From an uncultured Gemmatimonadales bacterium (GTDB taxonomy: Bacteria > Gemmatimonadota > Gemmatimonadetes > Gemmatimonadales > GWC2-71-9), in assembly GCA_963821525.1 (NCBI GenBank), contig CAWGED010000019.1, forward strand, positions 832,001 through 896,000: a stretch of DNA of 64,000 nucleotides. Direction: 5' to 3'. The stretch's first letter is position 1; each line of letters begins with the position of its first letter. Positions 31,062-45,130 of the stretch are shown here, in pieces. Under the pieces are notes generated by a model. It searched no databases. It saw nothing but the letters and a program-made list of their open reading frames with translations, and was not told where the DNA came from. A program made the position numbers and the translations under genes.

Positions 31062-31931
31062 CTACATGCCGCGAAACTGGCCTACGTAATCCTCGGCAAA
31101 ACGATCAAAGTTGGCCGCTGGGGTCCCGGTTAGCGTGGCAATGTCCCGGCTGACCTGAGCCATTTTCCCCTGGGCCAGATACTCGTACAGAGCGACGAGA
31201 TCCTTGGCCAGCCACTCGGGCACCTCATTAGCGAGCAGGGCGCTGATTACTTTGGCCGGCGGCTGATCCACGTACAACACCTGCTGGCGCAGCACGGACC
31301 CGATCCGGTCGGCCACGTCGTGCAGCGACAACGCCTCAGGACCCGTCAGTTCGTATGCCTTCCCCTCGTGGCCCTTTCCGGCAAGAACTGCCACGGCGGC
31401 TCGCGCCACATCCCGCGCATCCACCATCGCCGAGCGGCCTCGCTTCATACAGGCGAAGAATGCGCCTTGACTGCGAATGGTCGGACCAAAACCGAGAGTG
31501 TTTTGCATGAAGAAGGCGGACCGCAGATGGGTCCAGGCCAGACCCGAGCGCTCGAGCTGTTCTTCGATTTCCCGGTGCCGCCGGAACATGGCGACTGGAG
31601 AGTCGGCCGCAGCACCCAGCACCGAAAGCTTCACGACATGCTTCACCCCAGCTCGTCGGGCCGCATCCACCACCGCCTCCTGCATCTCTACCATGCGGTT
31701 GTCGACCGGGCTGATCAGGAGTACATGGCTGATATCACGAATCGCGTTGTTGACGGAGACCGGCCTCCCGAGATCTCCGGGGATGACTTCAACGCCCGAG
31801 AGCCGAAGCTTCCCGGCCCGAGTCGGGTCTCTGGTCAAGGCGCGAACCTTGACTCCGCGGCTCACCAGCTCCCGCACTGCCGGGAGACCCACATTGCCGG
31901 TGGCTCCCGTAACCAGGATGTGAGTCTCCAT
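31062..31931 (-). CDS. NmrA-like atypical SDR oxidoreductase
   Basis: ILVTGATGNVG, HVVKLS, FFMQN, VDARDVA, YELTGPE. Confidence 0.9.
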   Translation of the reverse strand: METHILVTGATGNVGLPAVRELVSRGVKVRALTRDPTRAGKLRLSGVEVIPGDLGRPVSVNNAIRDISHVLLISPVDNRMVEMQEAVVDAARRAGVKHVVKLSVLGAAADSPVAMFRRHREIEEQLERSGLAWTHLRSAFFMQNTLGFGPTIRSQGAFFACMKRGRSAMVDARDVARAAVAVLAGKGHEGKAYELTGPEALSLHDVADRIGSVLRQQVLYVDQPPAKVISALLANEVPEWLAKDLVALYEYLAQGKMAQVSRDIATLTGTPAANFDRFAEDYVGQFRGM

Positions 31932-31944
31932 CGGCCTCCCCTGT

Positions 31945-32574
31945 TCAGCCAGCGACTCGCTCGGCACCCTCCAGCCATTCCGCGGCCCGCTCAACCTCGC
32001 CCCGAGCGAACTCGTGTCCAGCGTCCCACCAGTTGAGCGTAACGTTTGCCCCGCCACTGCGGAACAACTCGGCGAGGCGCTCGGCGTTGGCCAGGGGAAC
32101 CAGGGGATCGAATCTACCTTCGGAGAGCAGGACCCGGGTTCCACTGAGCTCAGGTCGTTGCTCCGGCTCGAGGGGAACCATCGCCCGGAACAACACGGCT
32201 CCTTTGAGCAGACCGGGACGGAGAAGCAGCAGGCTCGCCGCGATATTCGCTCCGTTGGAGAAGCCGACGGCGGTGATGGCATCCGAGTCGAGGCGGTAGC
32301 GAACCACAGCTTCCTCAACGAACGTGGCGAGTTCTCCAGTCCTCGCAATCAGGTCCGGTATATCGAACACACCTTCCGCCAGACGACGAAAGAAGCGCGG
32401 CATGCCCCGCTCCAGCACCCGCCCGCGCGGGCTGAGCACCGCGGCGCCCGGAGCGAGTGCCGAGGCCAATGGGAGCATCGAGTCCTCGTTGCCGCCAGTT
32501 CCATGCAGCAGGAGGAGAGTGCGCGAGTCTCCCGGAGCACCCGGCACGAATCGGTGCGCGAAGGTCTCGATCAT
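31945..32574 (-). CDS. Phospholipase/carboxylesterase (MhqD-like)
   Basis: LLLHGTGGNE, RFFRR, GFSNGANIA, D..VP, GH. Confidence 0.9.
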   Translation of the reverse strand: MIETFAHRFVPGAPGDSRTLLLLHGTGGNEDSMLPLASALAPGAAVLSPRGRVLERGMPRFFRRLAEGVFDIPDLIARTGELATFVEEAVVRYRLDSDAITAVGFSNGANIAASLLLLRPGLLKGAVLFRAMVPLEPEQRPELSGTRVLLSEGRFDPLVPLANAERLAELFRSGGANVTLNWWDAGHEFARGEVERAAEWLEGAERVAG

Positions 32575-33536
32575 GATGCCGCCGGGACCCCACGCTGGGG
32601 AAGTGCGAGTGGAGGCAGGATTGCCTCGAGATTCGGCCGGTTGCGCTCGTACTGCGGCGGCAGTTTGAGAGCTTCACCCAGGGACTCGACTGGCTCGTCG
32701 ATCAGGAACCCGGGGCCGTCGGTGGCAACTTCGAACAGCACACCGCCCGGCTCCCTGAAGTAGATCGAGCGAAAATATTGCCGGTCAATCACCGGGGTCG
32801 CAGGCACACCACGCCGCAGCAGAATCTCCCGCAATCCCAATTGCTCGTCCTCGCCGGTCGCCCGCCAGGCAATGTGATGCACCGATCCGACTCCGTTCAC
32901 CGCATGACTGGCATCCGGTTCGATCCTCAGGTCGACGATGGCTCCAGGACCCCCGGCCCCGGCCTCGAACCGATGGCGATTGTCCTCTGCGCCGAGCGGG
33001 CGGAAGCCAAGTGCCTCGGTGAGCAAGTCCGCAGTCGGATCCGCACTCGTGAGCGTGAGGGTGGCAGAGTGAATGCCGCGAATCGCGTATTGCGCGGGGA
33101 CTATCGAATCGGACCAGACCCCGGTGGAAGGCGCACGGTTCGACGCGATGAGCTCGAGCCGGAGTCCGTCCGGGTCTATCAACCCGATGGCCTGCTCTCC
33201 GAAACGGGCCGGAACTTCGAGCACCTGAAGCTTGTGCTGGGCCAGGCGGTCCCGCCAGAAGTCGAGCGCTCCGGCCGGTATCGTCAAGGAGACGACGCCC
33301 ACTTCTCCGCTGCCCATCCGGCCGCGGAAGGCGCCCGCCCAGGGGAAGAAGGTCATCAAACTCCCGGGCTGACCGATCTCGTCGCCGAAGTAGAAGTGGT
33401 AGGTGCCGGGATCGTCGAAATTCACCGTCCGCTTCACCAGCCGCAGCCCGAGGAACCCCGCGTAGAAATCGAGATTGCGCTGGGGATCTCCCGCGATCGC
33501 GGTGATGTGGTGAATGCCCTGTGCAGCGTGAGCCAT
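32571..33536 (-). CDS. Ring-cleaving dioxygenase, VOC family (MhqO/MhqE-like)
   Basis: GIHHITA, VKRTVNFDDPGTYH, VHHIAW, DRQYFRSIYFREPGG.LFE.ATD. Confidence 0.93.
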   Translation of the reverse strand: MAHAAQGIHHITAIAGDPQRNLDFYAGFLGLRLVKRTVNFDDPGTYHFYFGDEIGQPGSLMTFFPWAGAFRGRMGSGEVGVVSLTIPAGALDFWRDRLAQHKLQVLEVPARFGEQAIGLIDPDGLRLELIASNRAPSTGVWSDSIVPAQYAIRGIHSATLTLTSADPTADLLTEALGFRPLGAEDNRHRFEAGAGGPGAIVDLRIEPDASHAVNGVGSVHHIAWRATGEDEQLGLREILLRRGVPATPVIDRQYFRSIYFREPGGVLFEVATDGPGFLIDEPVESLGEALKLPPQYERNRPNLEAILPPLALPQRGVPAAS

Positions 33537-33564
33537 ATGTCCTCCTGAAACCATGTTGACGTCC

Positions 33565-34026
33565 TTAGTCGCTGCCGGCCACGGCGCGCCCCAGCTTGCG
33601 GCATAGCCGGCCCAACTCGACTTGCTCTTCCCGGGTGAGGTGCCGGAGCACCTGGGTGATGCGGGTGGCATGACCGGGGAACGCCCGGGAAATGATCTGC
33701 CGCCCGGTGGGGGTCAGCTCCACCCGGTGGGCCCTGCGGTCATCCGGATCGGCTAACCGACGCACCCAGCCGTGCCGCTCAAGGTTGTCCACGACCGTCG
33801 TGAGGTTACTGCCGCTCACCAGGAGTTTCTCACAGAGTCGGGCCTGGGCCATCGGCCCCTTGTGATGCAGGGCCTCGAGCACGCCGAACTGAGTCTCCGT
33901 GAGCCGGTGCTCCTTGAGCAGCGCCGGATTGAGTCGAGCCCCGATAGCGTTCACGGCGCGACGCAGCTTTACGAACGTATCTAGGGCCCGGGCCGTTCCG
34001 GGCGACGGTGCCGTCGGCATATTCAT
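33565..34026 (-). CDS. MarR-family regulator (MhqR-like)
   Basis: LTETQFGVLEALHHKGP, SGSNLTTVVDNLE, DRR..VELT..G. Confidence 0.92.
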   Translation of the reverse strand: MNMPTAPSPGTARALDTFVKLRRAVNAIGARLNPALLKEHRLTETQFGVLEALHHKGPMAQARLCEKLLVSGSNLTTVVDNLERHGWVRRLADPDDRRAHRVELTPTGRQIISRAFPGHATRITQVLRHLTREEQVELGRLCRKLGRAVAGSD

Positions 34027-34035
34027 CCATATCGG

Positions 34036-34078
34036 ATAGTTCGATGTCGAATATAATGGGGAGGGGACCGCCAAGCAA
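34036..34078 (-). promoter_or_regulatory. sigma70 promoter with overlapping palindromic MarR-type operator
   Basis: TTGCTT-N17-TATATT (34078-34050); TTCGA-tg-TCGAA at 34040-34051. Confidence 0.7.
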
Positions 34079-34085
34079 CAACGCT

Positions 34086-34763
34086 TCAGAATCGCGGTTC
34101 ATCAGCCAGGGCGAGGAGGGTTGGGGCGTCGAGTCGGTGCCCACCGGCGAAGGAGCGTTGCCGGCAGCGGATACCGTGCCGCTCGAGATCCTTCAGCTGC
34201 GCGGCGTGCAGATCAGGAGACACCAACACGTCGTCCTGGCCCCGCACCAGGGTCACACTTCGGTCGCGCCAGCTAGAGTCTCCCAGACGGGCGAGAACAT
34301 CCTCAGGAAACAGGCTTCCCCAGAGGATCAGATCCCGAGCCGCCCGTTTGCCCCGTTCAACCCAGCGTGCCGCCGTCGCCCCACCTTGAGAGAAGCCGAG
34401 CACTCGGACGTCCGCGGGAAGACCCACGAGCCGCTCTTCCACGTGCCCGACCAGGTGGTCCAGGTAGCCGACATAGTCCGCGATCTCGGTGTCACGATCC
34501 TCCCGCGTCATCCAGGTGGCACCGACCTTGTGACTGTGCCGTCCCTGGGAGTTGGTGTCGAGATAGAAACGGGAGAGCGCTTCGGGTGCCACGATCAGGC
34601 GGCGGCCATTGTCCAGTGGGGCGGCGTCGTGCAGGAGCGCACGAGCGAGCTGTGAATACCCGTGCAGCACGATCCACACTTGGGAGACTGACTGCCAGGG
34701 ACCAAGACTGTAGAATCGCGCGGTACGCTGCACCGGCAGGTGATGCTGCTGGAGTTCGCTCAT
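34086..34763 (-). CDS. Alpha/beta-hydrolase esterase
   Basis: LHGYSQ, PEALSRFY, GATWMTREDR, GFSQGGA, D...GGH. Confidence 0.88.
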   Translation of the reverse strand: MSELQQHHLPVQRTARFYSLGPWQSVSQVWIVLHGYSQLARALLHDAAPLDNGRRLIVAPEALSRFYLDTNSQGRHSHKVGATWMTREDRDTEIADYVGYLDHLVGHVEERLVGLPADVRVLGFSQGGATAARWVERGKRAARDLILWGSLFPEDVLARLGDSSWRDRSVTLVRGQDDVLVSPDLHAAQLKDLERHGIRCRQRSFAGGHRLDAPTLLALADEPRF

Positions 34764-35206
34764 AGACCGACGAGCGCGGTCAGCACCCCGGTGTCGGCGA
34801 TGCCGACGTGACGCTTCGTCTCCTGCCCATTCCGAAAGACCAGAAATGCCGGAATCCCCCGGATGTTGAAGCGTTGGGCAATACCGGGATTCTGGTCGGT
34901 GTCGACCTTGAGGACCAGCAGCTCGCCGGCGTGCTCGCCCGCAACGGCGTCAACGTGAGGAGCGGAGACCTTGCAGGGACCGCACCAGTCGGCGTGGAAA
35001 TCCACCAGAACGGGAACCGATGCGGTCTTGATCGTCTGATCGAAGTCCTCCTCGGTCGCGGTAAGAGGACGGTCCAGCCTGAGCGGGCGACCGCAATTGG
35101 CACACTTGGGCCCGCTGGACAGCCGATTGAGATCGACCCGGTTGAGCGTCGTGCAGAAGGGACAGCGAACCGTTACCGGTCGGGGAGTCTGCGCTGGCTG
35201 GTCCAT
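34760..35206 (-). CDS. trxC: Thioredoxin 2 with N-terminal zinc finger
   Basis: CPFC...NR...CANC, WCGPC, IRGIP. Confidence 0.9.
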   Translation of the reverse strand: MDQPAQTPRPVTVRCPFCTTLNRVDLNRLSSGPKCANCGRPLRLDRPLTATEEDFDQTIKTASVPVLVDFHADWCGPCKVSAPHVDAVAGEHAGELLVLKVDTDQNPGIAQRFNIRGIPAFLVFRNGQETKRHVGIADTGVLTALVGL

Positions 35207-35253
35207 GAATTCGCTGCCCTAGGTCCGAATCATGTGGGACCCGGAAGGGGCGC

Positions 35254-37422
<2,169 letters not shown>

Positions 37423-37426
37423 GCGG

Positions 37427-39595
<2,169 letters not shown>

Positions 39596-39728
39596 TGAAG
39601 GAGTTGCGGGAATGCGGCACGCCGATTCTCAGAGGACAGGGCTTAAAGGATACCGATGGCCGGACAGTGCCGCTAGCTGCCTTCCCGAGCCTGGCGGAAA
39701 CGCGCTGGGCACGAAGGCGACCCGACTG

Positions 39729-42518
39729 TCAACCGGCGACGCGGGCCTTTTTCGAAGCGGAGTGCCAGCGGTGAGGACCGGAAAGCCGCGGCCCCGGCTC
39801 GGCTAGCAGCCGGTCGATCCCGGCAGGCGGCAGCGGCGCCGCGAAGAAGTAGCCCTGCCCCATCTCGCATCCCAACTCGATGAGCGCTTCACACTGCTCG
39901 ACGCTTTCGACGCCCTCCGCCACGGTCTTCAGCTTGAGCGTCTCCCCCAGCCCGATGATGGCCCGCGCGAGCGCCGACTTGTCCAAGCCAGCGCCGACGT
40001 CCTCGACGAACGGCCGGGCGATCTTGATCATGTCGATGGGGAAGCGCTGCAGATAGCCCAGCGAGGAATAGCCGGTCCCGAAGTCGTCGATCGCGAGTTG
40101 CACACCGAGCCCCTTGAGCTCCCGCAGCCGGGCCAGCACCTGGCCGGTCTGCTGCATCAGCACGCTCTCGGTGATTTCCAGTACCACGGCATCCGGCTCC
40201 ACCCGGGTATCGGCCAGCGCCTGGCGGGTCTCGTTGACGATATCGAGCTCGTGAAGCTGACGGCCTGAGACGTTCACCGCGATGGTCAGAGACAGCTCGG
40301 GATACATGGCGCGCCACAGCTCCGCCTGACGGCAGGCCTCGCGCAAGACCCAGCGACCCAGCCGCACGATGAGTCCGGTTTCTTCGGCGAGCGGTACGAA
40401 ATGCTGGGGCAAGAGGTGCCCGAACTGGGGATGTTCCCAGCGCAGCAGCGCCTCGACGCCGTGAACCTTGCCGCTTCTGAGGTTGAAGATCGGCTGGTAG
40501 ACCAGGGTTAGCTCTTCCTTCTCGATCGCGCTGCGGAGCGCGGCTTCCATCTCGAGCCGCTGCTTGAGGTCGTGATACATCTGCGACTGGTAGGTCTCGC
40601 AGCGCCCCTTGCCCTTCCGCTTGGCGGTGTACATCGCCATGTCAGCATTGCGGAGCAGGTCGTCCGCGGTTTCGTCGTCGCTGGCCGACGCGATGCCGAT
40701 GCTGGCGCTCACGCTCACTTCGTTGCCGCTCAGACTGAAGGGGCGGGCCATCGCCTCCACCAGCCGGCCGACAAGGAACCCGGGGCCTTCGGGCGCGCCG
40801 CCGTCCTCCAGCAGGATCGCGAATTCGTCGCCGCCCAGCCGCGCTACCGTGTCGGCCGCCCGAACGCACGCTTGAAGCCGCTCGGAGGCGGCGACGAGAA
40901 GCCGGTCGCCCTCCCCGTGTCCGAGGCTGTCGTTGACCTTCTTGAAATCATCCAGGTCGAGGAACAGCACGCTGATCGCATTGCGCTGCCGCATGCGCAG
41001 CTGCAGTGCGTGACTCACTCGGTCGCGGAAGAGCGCGCGGTTGGCCAGGCCGGTCAGGGGGTCGTGGAACGCCTGGTGCATCAGCTCCTTCTCGAGCCGC
41101 TTGCGTTCGCTCACGTCCCGGGTGTTGAGCACGACCCCGCGAACGGTCGGATCCTCGAGCAGGTTGGTCGCGATGGTCTCCGCATTCAACAACGAACCGT
41201 CGGGCTGCCGGAACCGCCATTCGACCGGCTGGGTGACGCCCGGGTTGGTAACCGCATCGCTCAGGAAGGTACGCGCCCGTTCCTGGTCATCAGGGTGCAG
41301 CAGGTCGATGACGGTGCGGCCCATGAGCGGCCCCGCATCGTAGCGCAGCACCCGGGTCACGGAGGGACTGACGAACTTGATGCTGAGGTCCGGCTTGATG
41401 ACCATGATCACGTCGGACGAGTGCTGCACCAGGGAACGGAAGCGGGCCTCGTTCTGCCGCGCGGCGTTCTCCGCGAGCAGGCGTACGTTCTGCCGGACCG
41501 CCATCAGCTGGCGCCCCACCACCAGGACCGTCATCAGCACGGCACCGACGGCGATGCCGCTGATCGGATCGCTCCACGGTTCGAGCGCAGCGGTGAGCAG
41601 CAGGCCGTAGGTGGACGCGACCGCGAGGTAGGGCAGCGGAGTGATCGGCTGAACCCGCGGGCGATGCGCCGCCATGGTCGAGCTGCGCGGAACCGGACTT
41701 CGCCAATAGAGCTCGCCGCTCGAGATGAGCATCAGGTAGAGCAGCAGGTACACCGCGTCGGTCCAGGCCGCGCTCCGTTCGCCGGTCTGGAGCAGCACCA
41801 GGTCGAAGGTCAGATCCGCCACGATTCCGACGGTGATGCCGATGACCAGGAGGTGGAAGGCGAGGCGATTCCCGTCGAGCGGGCCGCGCAGCATCACCGT
41901 CGCGATGCCGAGCAGCAACAGCAGATTGGCCAGCGGGTAGGCGAACGCAAGGACGGTGAGGACGATTCCGTTTCCAGCCGTAGCACCCGCCGCGGTGGTG
42001 GGCCGGATCGTGTAGTACCAGATGACGACCGCTCCGCCGACCAGCACCATGGCGGCGTCCAGCACAAACTTCCAGCGCTCCACCCGAATGCGCCGCGCGA
42101 GCGGGAACGAGAGCAGCGCGGCCAGCATCAGGAACGAATCGGAGAGATAGAACGCGTCGGCCCAGCTGACCGGAGGGTTCTCGCCGAGCGCGGTGAGGTA
42201 GTAGACCGAGATGCTGTTGCCGATGAGGACGGTCAGCGCTCCCAGCGCGAGCAGTCTCAGCGCCTGTCGCACCGACGGGTCGAGATCCTGATTGCGGGAG
42301 GCTACCACGTTCAGAATCATCACCGTCAGATTGAGCGGCATGAACGCGACGTTGCCCAACAGATCCCGCAGCTCGGTGGATCCCCACCCCGCCCGCTCGA
42401 ACACCAGGTAGAACAGCATGTAGACGGCTGCCAGACCGGTAAGCGTGCCGACCGGAAGCCGTGAGGCTTTCCGGCTCAGATTGCTAAGCACACCGACGTT
42501 CCCGTCGACTTTAGACAA
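39729..42518 (-). CDS. Membrane-bound PAS-GGDEF-EAL protein
   Basis: Multi-TM N-terminus, PAS (LLHPDD), DPLTGLANR, RAAD..RLGGDEF, EALLRW, DDFGTGYSSL; start uncertain. Confidence 0.93.
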   Translation of the reverse strand: MSKVDGNVGVLSNLSRKASRLPVGTLTGLAAVYMLFYLVFERAGWGSTELRDLLGNVAFMPLNLTVMILNVVASRNQDLDPSVRQALRLLALGALTVLIGNSISVYYLTALGENPPVSWADAFYLSDSFLMLAALLSFPLARRIRVERWKFVLDAAMVLVGGAVVIWYYTIRPTTAAGATAGNGIVLTVLAFAYPLANLLLLLGIATVMLRGPLDGNRLAFHLLVIGITVGIVADLTFDLVLLQTGERSAAWTDAVYLLLYLMLISSGELYWRSPVPRSSTMAAHRPRVQPITPLPYLAVASTYGLLLTAALEPWSDPISGIAVGAVLMTVLVVGRQLMAVRQNVRLLAENAARQNEARFRSLVQHSSDVIMVIKPDLSIKFVSPSVTRVLRYDAGPLMGRTVIDLLHPDDQERARTFLSDAVTNPGVTQPVEWRFRQPDGSLLNAETIATNLLEDPTVRGVVLNTRDVSERKRLEKELMHQAFHDPLTGLANRALFRDRVSHALQLRMRQRNAISVLFLDLDDFKKVNDSLGHGEGDRLLVAASERLQACVRAADTVARLGGDEFAILLEDGGAPEGPGFLVGRLVEAMARPFSLSGNEVSVSASIGIASASDDETADDLLRNADMAMYTAKRKGKGRCETYQSQMYHDLKQRLEMEAALRSAIEKEELTLVYQPIFNLRSGKVHGVEALLRWEHPQFGHLLPQHFVPLAEETGLIVRLGRWVLREACRQAELWRAMYPELSLTIAVNVSGRQLHELDIVNETRQALADTRVEPDAVVLEITESVLMQQTGQVLARLRELKGLGVQLAIDDFGTGYSSLGYLQRFPIDMIKIARPFVEDVGAGLDKSALARAIIGLGETLKLKTVAEGVESVEQCEALIELGCEMGQGYFFAAPLPPAGIDRLLAEPGPRLSGPHRWHSASKKARVAG

Positions 42519-42605
42519 GCCGTCTCCGCAGAGTATAACTCGTTGTCAGATAATAAGATCCGAGATCTGCCGCTGACAGACAGACCTCACCGTAGGCGGT
42601 TTTAA

Positions 42606-42621
42606 AGCAAGGCTGGTGCCG
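42606..42621 (-). promoter_or_regulatory. Putative sigma54 promoter of the GGDEF-EAL gene
   Basis: CGGCACCAGCCTTGCT (GG-N10-GC). Confidence 0.6.
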
Positions 42622-42917
42622 GGATCGACAGATTGCCGGTCCCACGTCAAGAAATCGATCAGTGGGCTGACGAAAAGTTGCTCGGTCCTCTCACCGCAGC
42701 GGCGATGATCGACCTGGACCGTTGTGGCTCATCGACATGCGGGCGCCGAAACTTCAGGGACAGACGTCGAAGAATTGCACGGTTCGGGGGCGACGCTTCG
42801 CTTGCCTCCACCAAGTGTGGAGGATCAAGTCGAGAGCCCCATTTTGTCGACGCGGATAAACGACAACAGATCGTACTCGAAAGTACTGCCGCAGGGAAGG
42901 CTCTTTGAACTGCGGGC

Positions 42918-45130
42918 TCAAGTCTTGGGGTTTCCCTCCGCCGGTGTCGCACGCTGCCGCACCGCGGCGAGGGCCAGCACGATCGATTCCTGGGAGGCGA
43001 GCAGCTCCCGCACCACCTCACCTGACGGCCGTGGCTGCCGTCTGGGTCGATCGGTCTGCTCGAGAAAGGGCCAGAGCGGAACCCGGATGCTTTCCGGGAG
43101 GACACTTTCCAGGTATTCCAGCGCGGTTCCTCGCAAATACGGCTCGTCGGTGAGCAGCGCACGGTACGCCAGGCGAAGAGGAGCGGCCGGCCTCACGAGG
43201 GCGAGCAGGGTGAAGACATGCTCGAGGCTTCGGTTGGCGCGATCCCGGACGATGTCGGCCTCCGTGGGCGACCACAGCTCGTCGTCGGCATCGAGCAGAC
43301 GGCGGCCTTCCCAGACCCCCCGCTCCACTGTGAGCTCTCGGTGGATCGCGTTCATGACCTGGTCCTCCTTCACCCGGATGCCGGGCATCCGTTCCATCAT
43401 TCGGGCGAGCGCTCCCCCGGCACGATACCGTACTTCGAAGCGCCGGTCTCCCAGCGCACCCAGGAGTGCCTCGAAAGACTGGTCGGTGAAGCAGTCTGCC
43501 AGTACTGCGACCAGTCTGCGCCGCACCGCGAAATCTTCATCGGGATCGAGCAGCCGCCGGGTCAGGAGATCCAGGTTCTCGGAAGCGACTCTTCGCAGTG
43601 CCGCGACGGCATCGGAAGCCACCGCATCCCAGGCCAGGAGATCAATCACTCCGCCAACCTGGTCGCGAGCGAGCGGCGGGCCTCGAAGTCTCGACCGCAC
43701 CGCGGCGACATCCTGAGCGGGCGAGGGGTGTGGCTTCTCCTTATCCTGTTCCGGAGCCGCGGAGCCAGCTTCGTGGCAGTGTCGGGATACTCGCCGGATT
43801 TACCCTCAACGAGGTCAGATCGATCGCGCCAACGGTCTGGAACATCGCGGCCGCGACTTCTTCCGGCCCCAACTGGTCTTCCCTGGCTCGGAGGCTCCGT
43901 TCGAGCGCGCCGAGATATCCCCGTTGCATCCGGCGGGCGATCGCAAGGGTGCCCAGGGCAAGCGCGAGCGTTGCGACCGAGCAGGAGCGGTCGCGACCTG
44001 GAGCGGCGCCGCGAGAATCGCGAGCTGGGCCAATCCCGCCCCGGCGATGTCTCCCAATCGAGCGCCGCCGACATCCACTACCGGCTTTGCGGCTCGTCGC
44101 TCCAGAGCGGAGACCGGGGAGTAAAGCAGCTCCTGGGCCGATCGGAAAACCGAATTGCGGAGCACTGTTTCGACAGCCACGCGCCACTGCCACGGAGGGA
44201 AAGCCGGGTGCCACCAGAGGCTACCAGCGAGCCGAGGGCCACTCCACCGGGCAGCAGCATGCGTGCTCCGAGCGACACCCAGCCGATTGAATATCCAGCC
44301 GGAGCACCGACACCTGCAGCAGGACGGTGAGCAGCGAGGTCACGGTATAGAACACGCGCGAAGAGCCGGAGCAAGCCAGGCCCGTCGGTCATCGTGGACG
44401 CCTGCAGCTTGAAGACGTAGTCCAGCACTCCTTCCGCCGCCGCGGCGAGTGCAACGAGGTAGAAGAGCAGGCGGAGGTATGAGGAGTGGCGCAGCGCTTC
44501 GATGGCCGACGAGGTCGTATCACCCGCCTCAGCGTAATGGGGCCGGCTGGCCGAAGCTGCGGGCGAGGGGCAGTACCAGGATCGCCAGCACCCAGCTGGA
44601 GCAGCGCAAGAACCGGTAAGCATGGAGCTGGCGGAGAACGCGGTCCCCATCGCGCTCCGTCAGGAGGCCGCCCAGGAGCCCGCCAGCCGAGGCCCCGGCA
44701 GTAATCAGGCCCACTGCCCGCCGGGCGGAGCGAGGGTCGAACGATTCATTGACCAGGGCCCAGAATGCCGAGACCAGGAGGGCGCCAAGGCGGTGACGTG
44801 GAGATAGACCAGGAATGCCGCCGGCCGGAGAGACACGAAGCTCAACAGCCACTCGCACGGACGAGCAGGATCGCGACTCCGGCGAAGAGCCGGGGCACCA
44901 GCGTCGCGGGACCCTGCTGGGCCAGCCGTCGTGCCAGCCACAGGGTGACGAAGCAGCGACGAGACCGCGGCGGTCACCACCATCCGCGGCAACAGCGTGA
45001 CGCCAAAGCTGGTGATGAAGAGGGCGTCGCGCGTGGCCTTGGCGGCCAGTTGGAATGCGATCGCCACGGTGCTTGCGAGGACCGTGGCGCGGATGAACCC
45101 GGGCTGATCGCCCGTATTGCGCGCGCTCAA
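42918..45130 (-). CDS. NTT/TLC-family transporter fused to HEAT-like repeats; multiple frameshifts
   Basis: KATRDALFITSFG..LP.M; FWALVNESFDPRSARR; LDYVFK; RNSVFRSAQELLYSP...AKPVVD...RLGD; RRFEVRYRAG and LRGTALEYL in the C-terminal part; TTGA overlap with the upstream stop. Confidence 0.75.
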
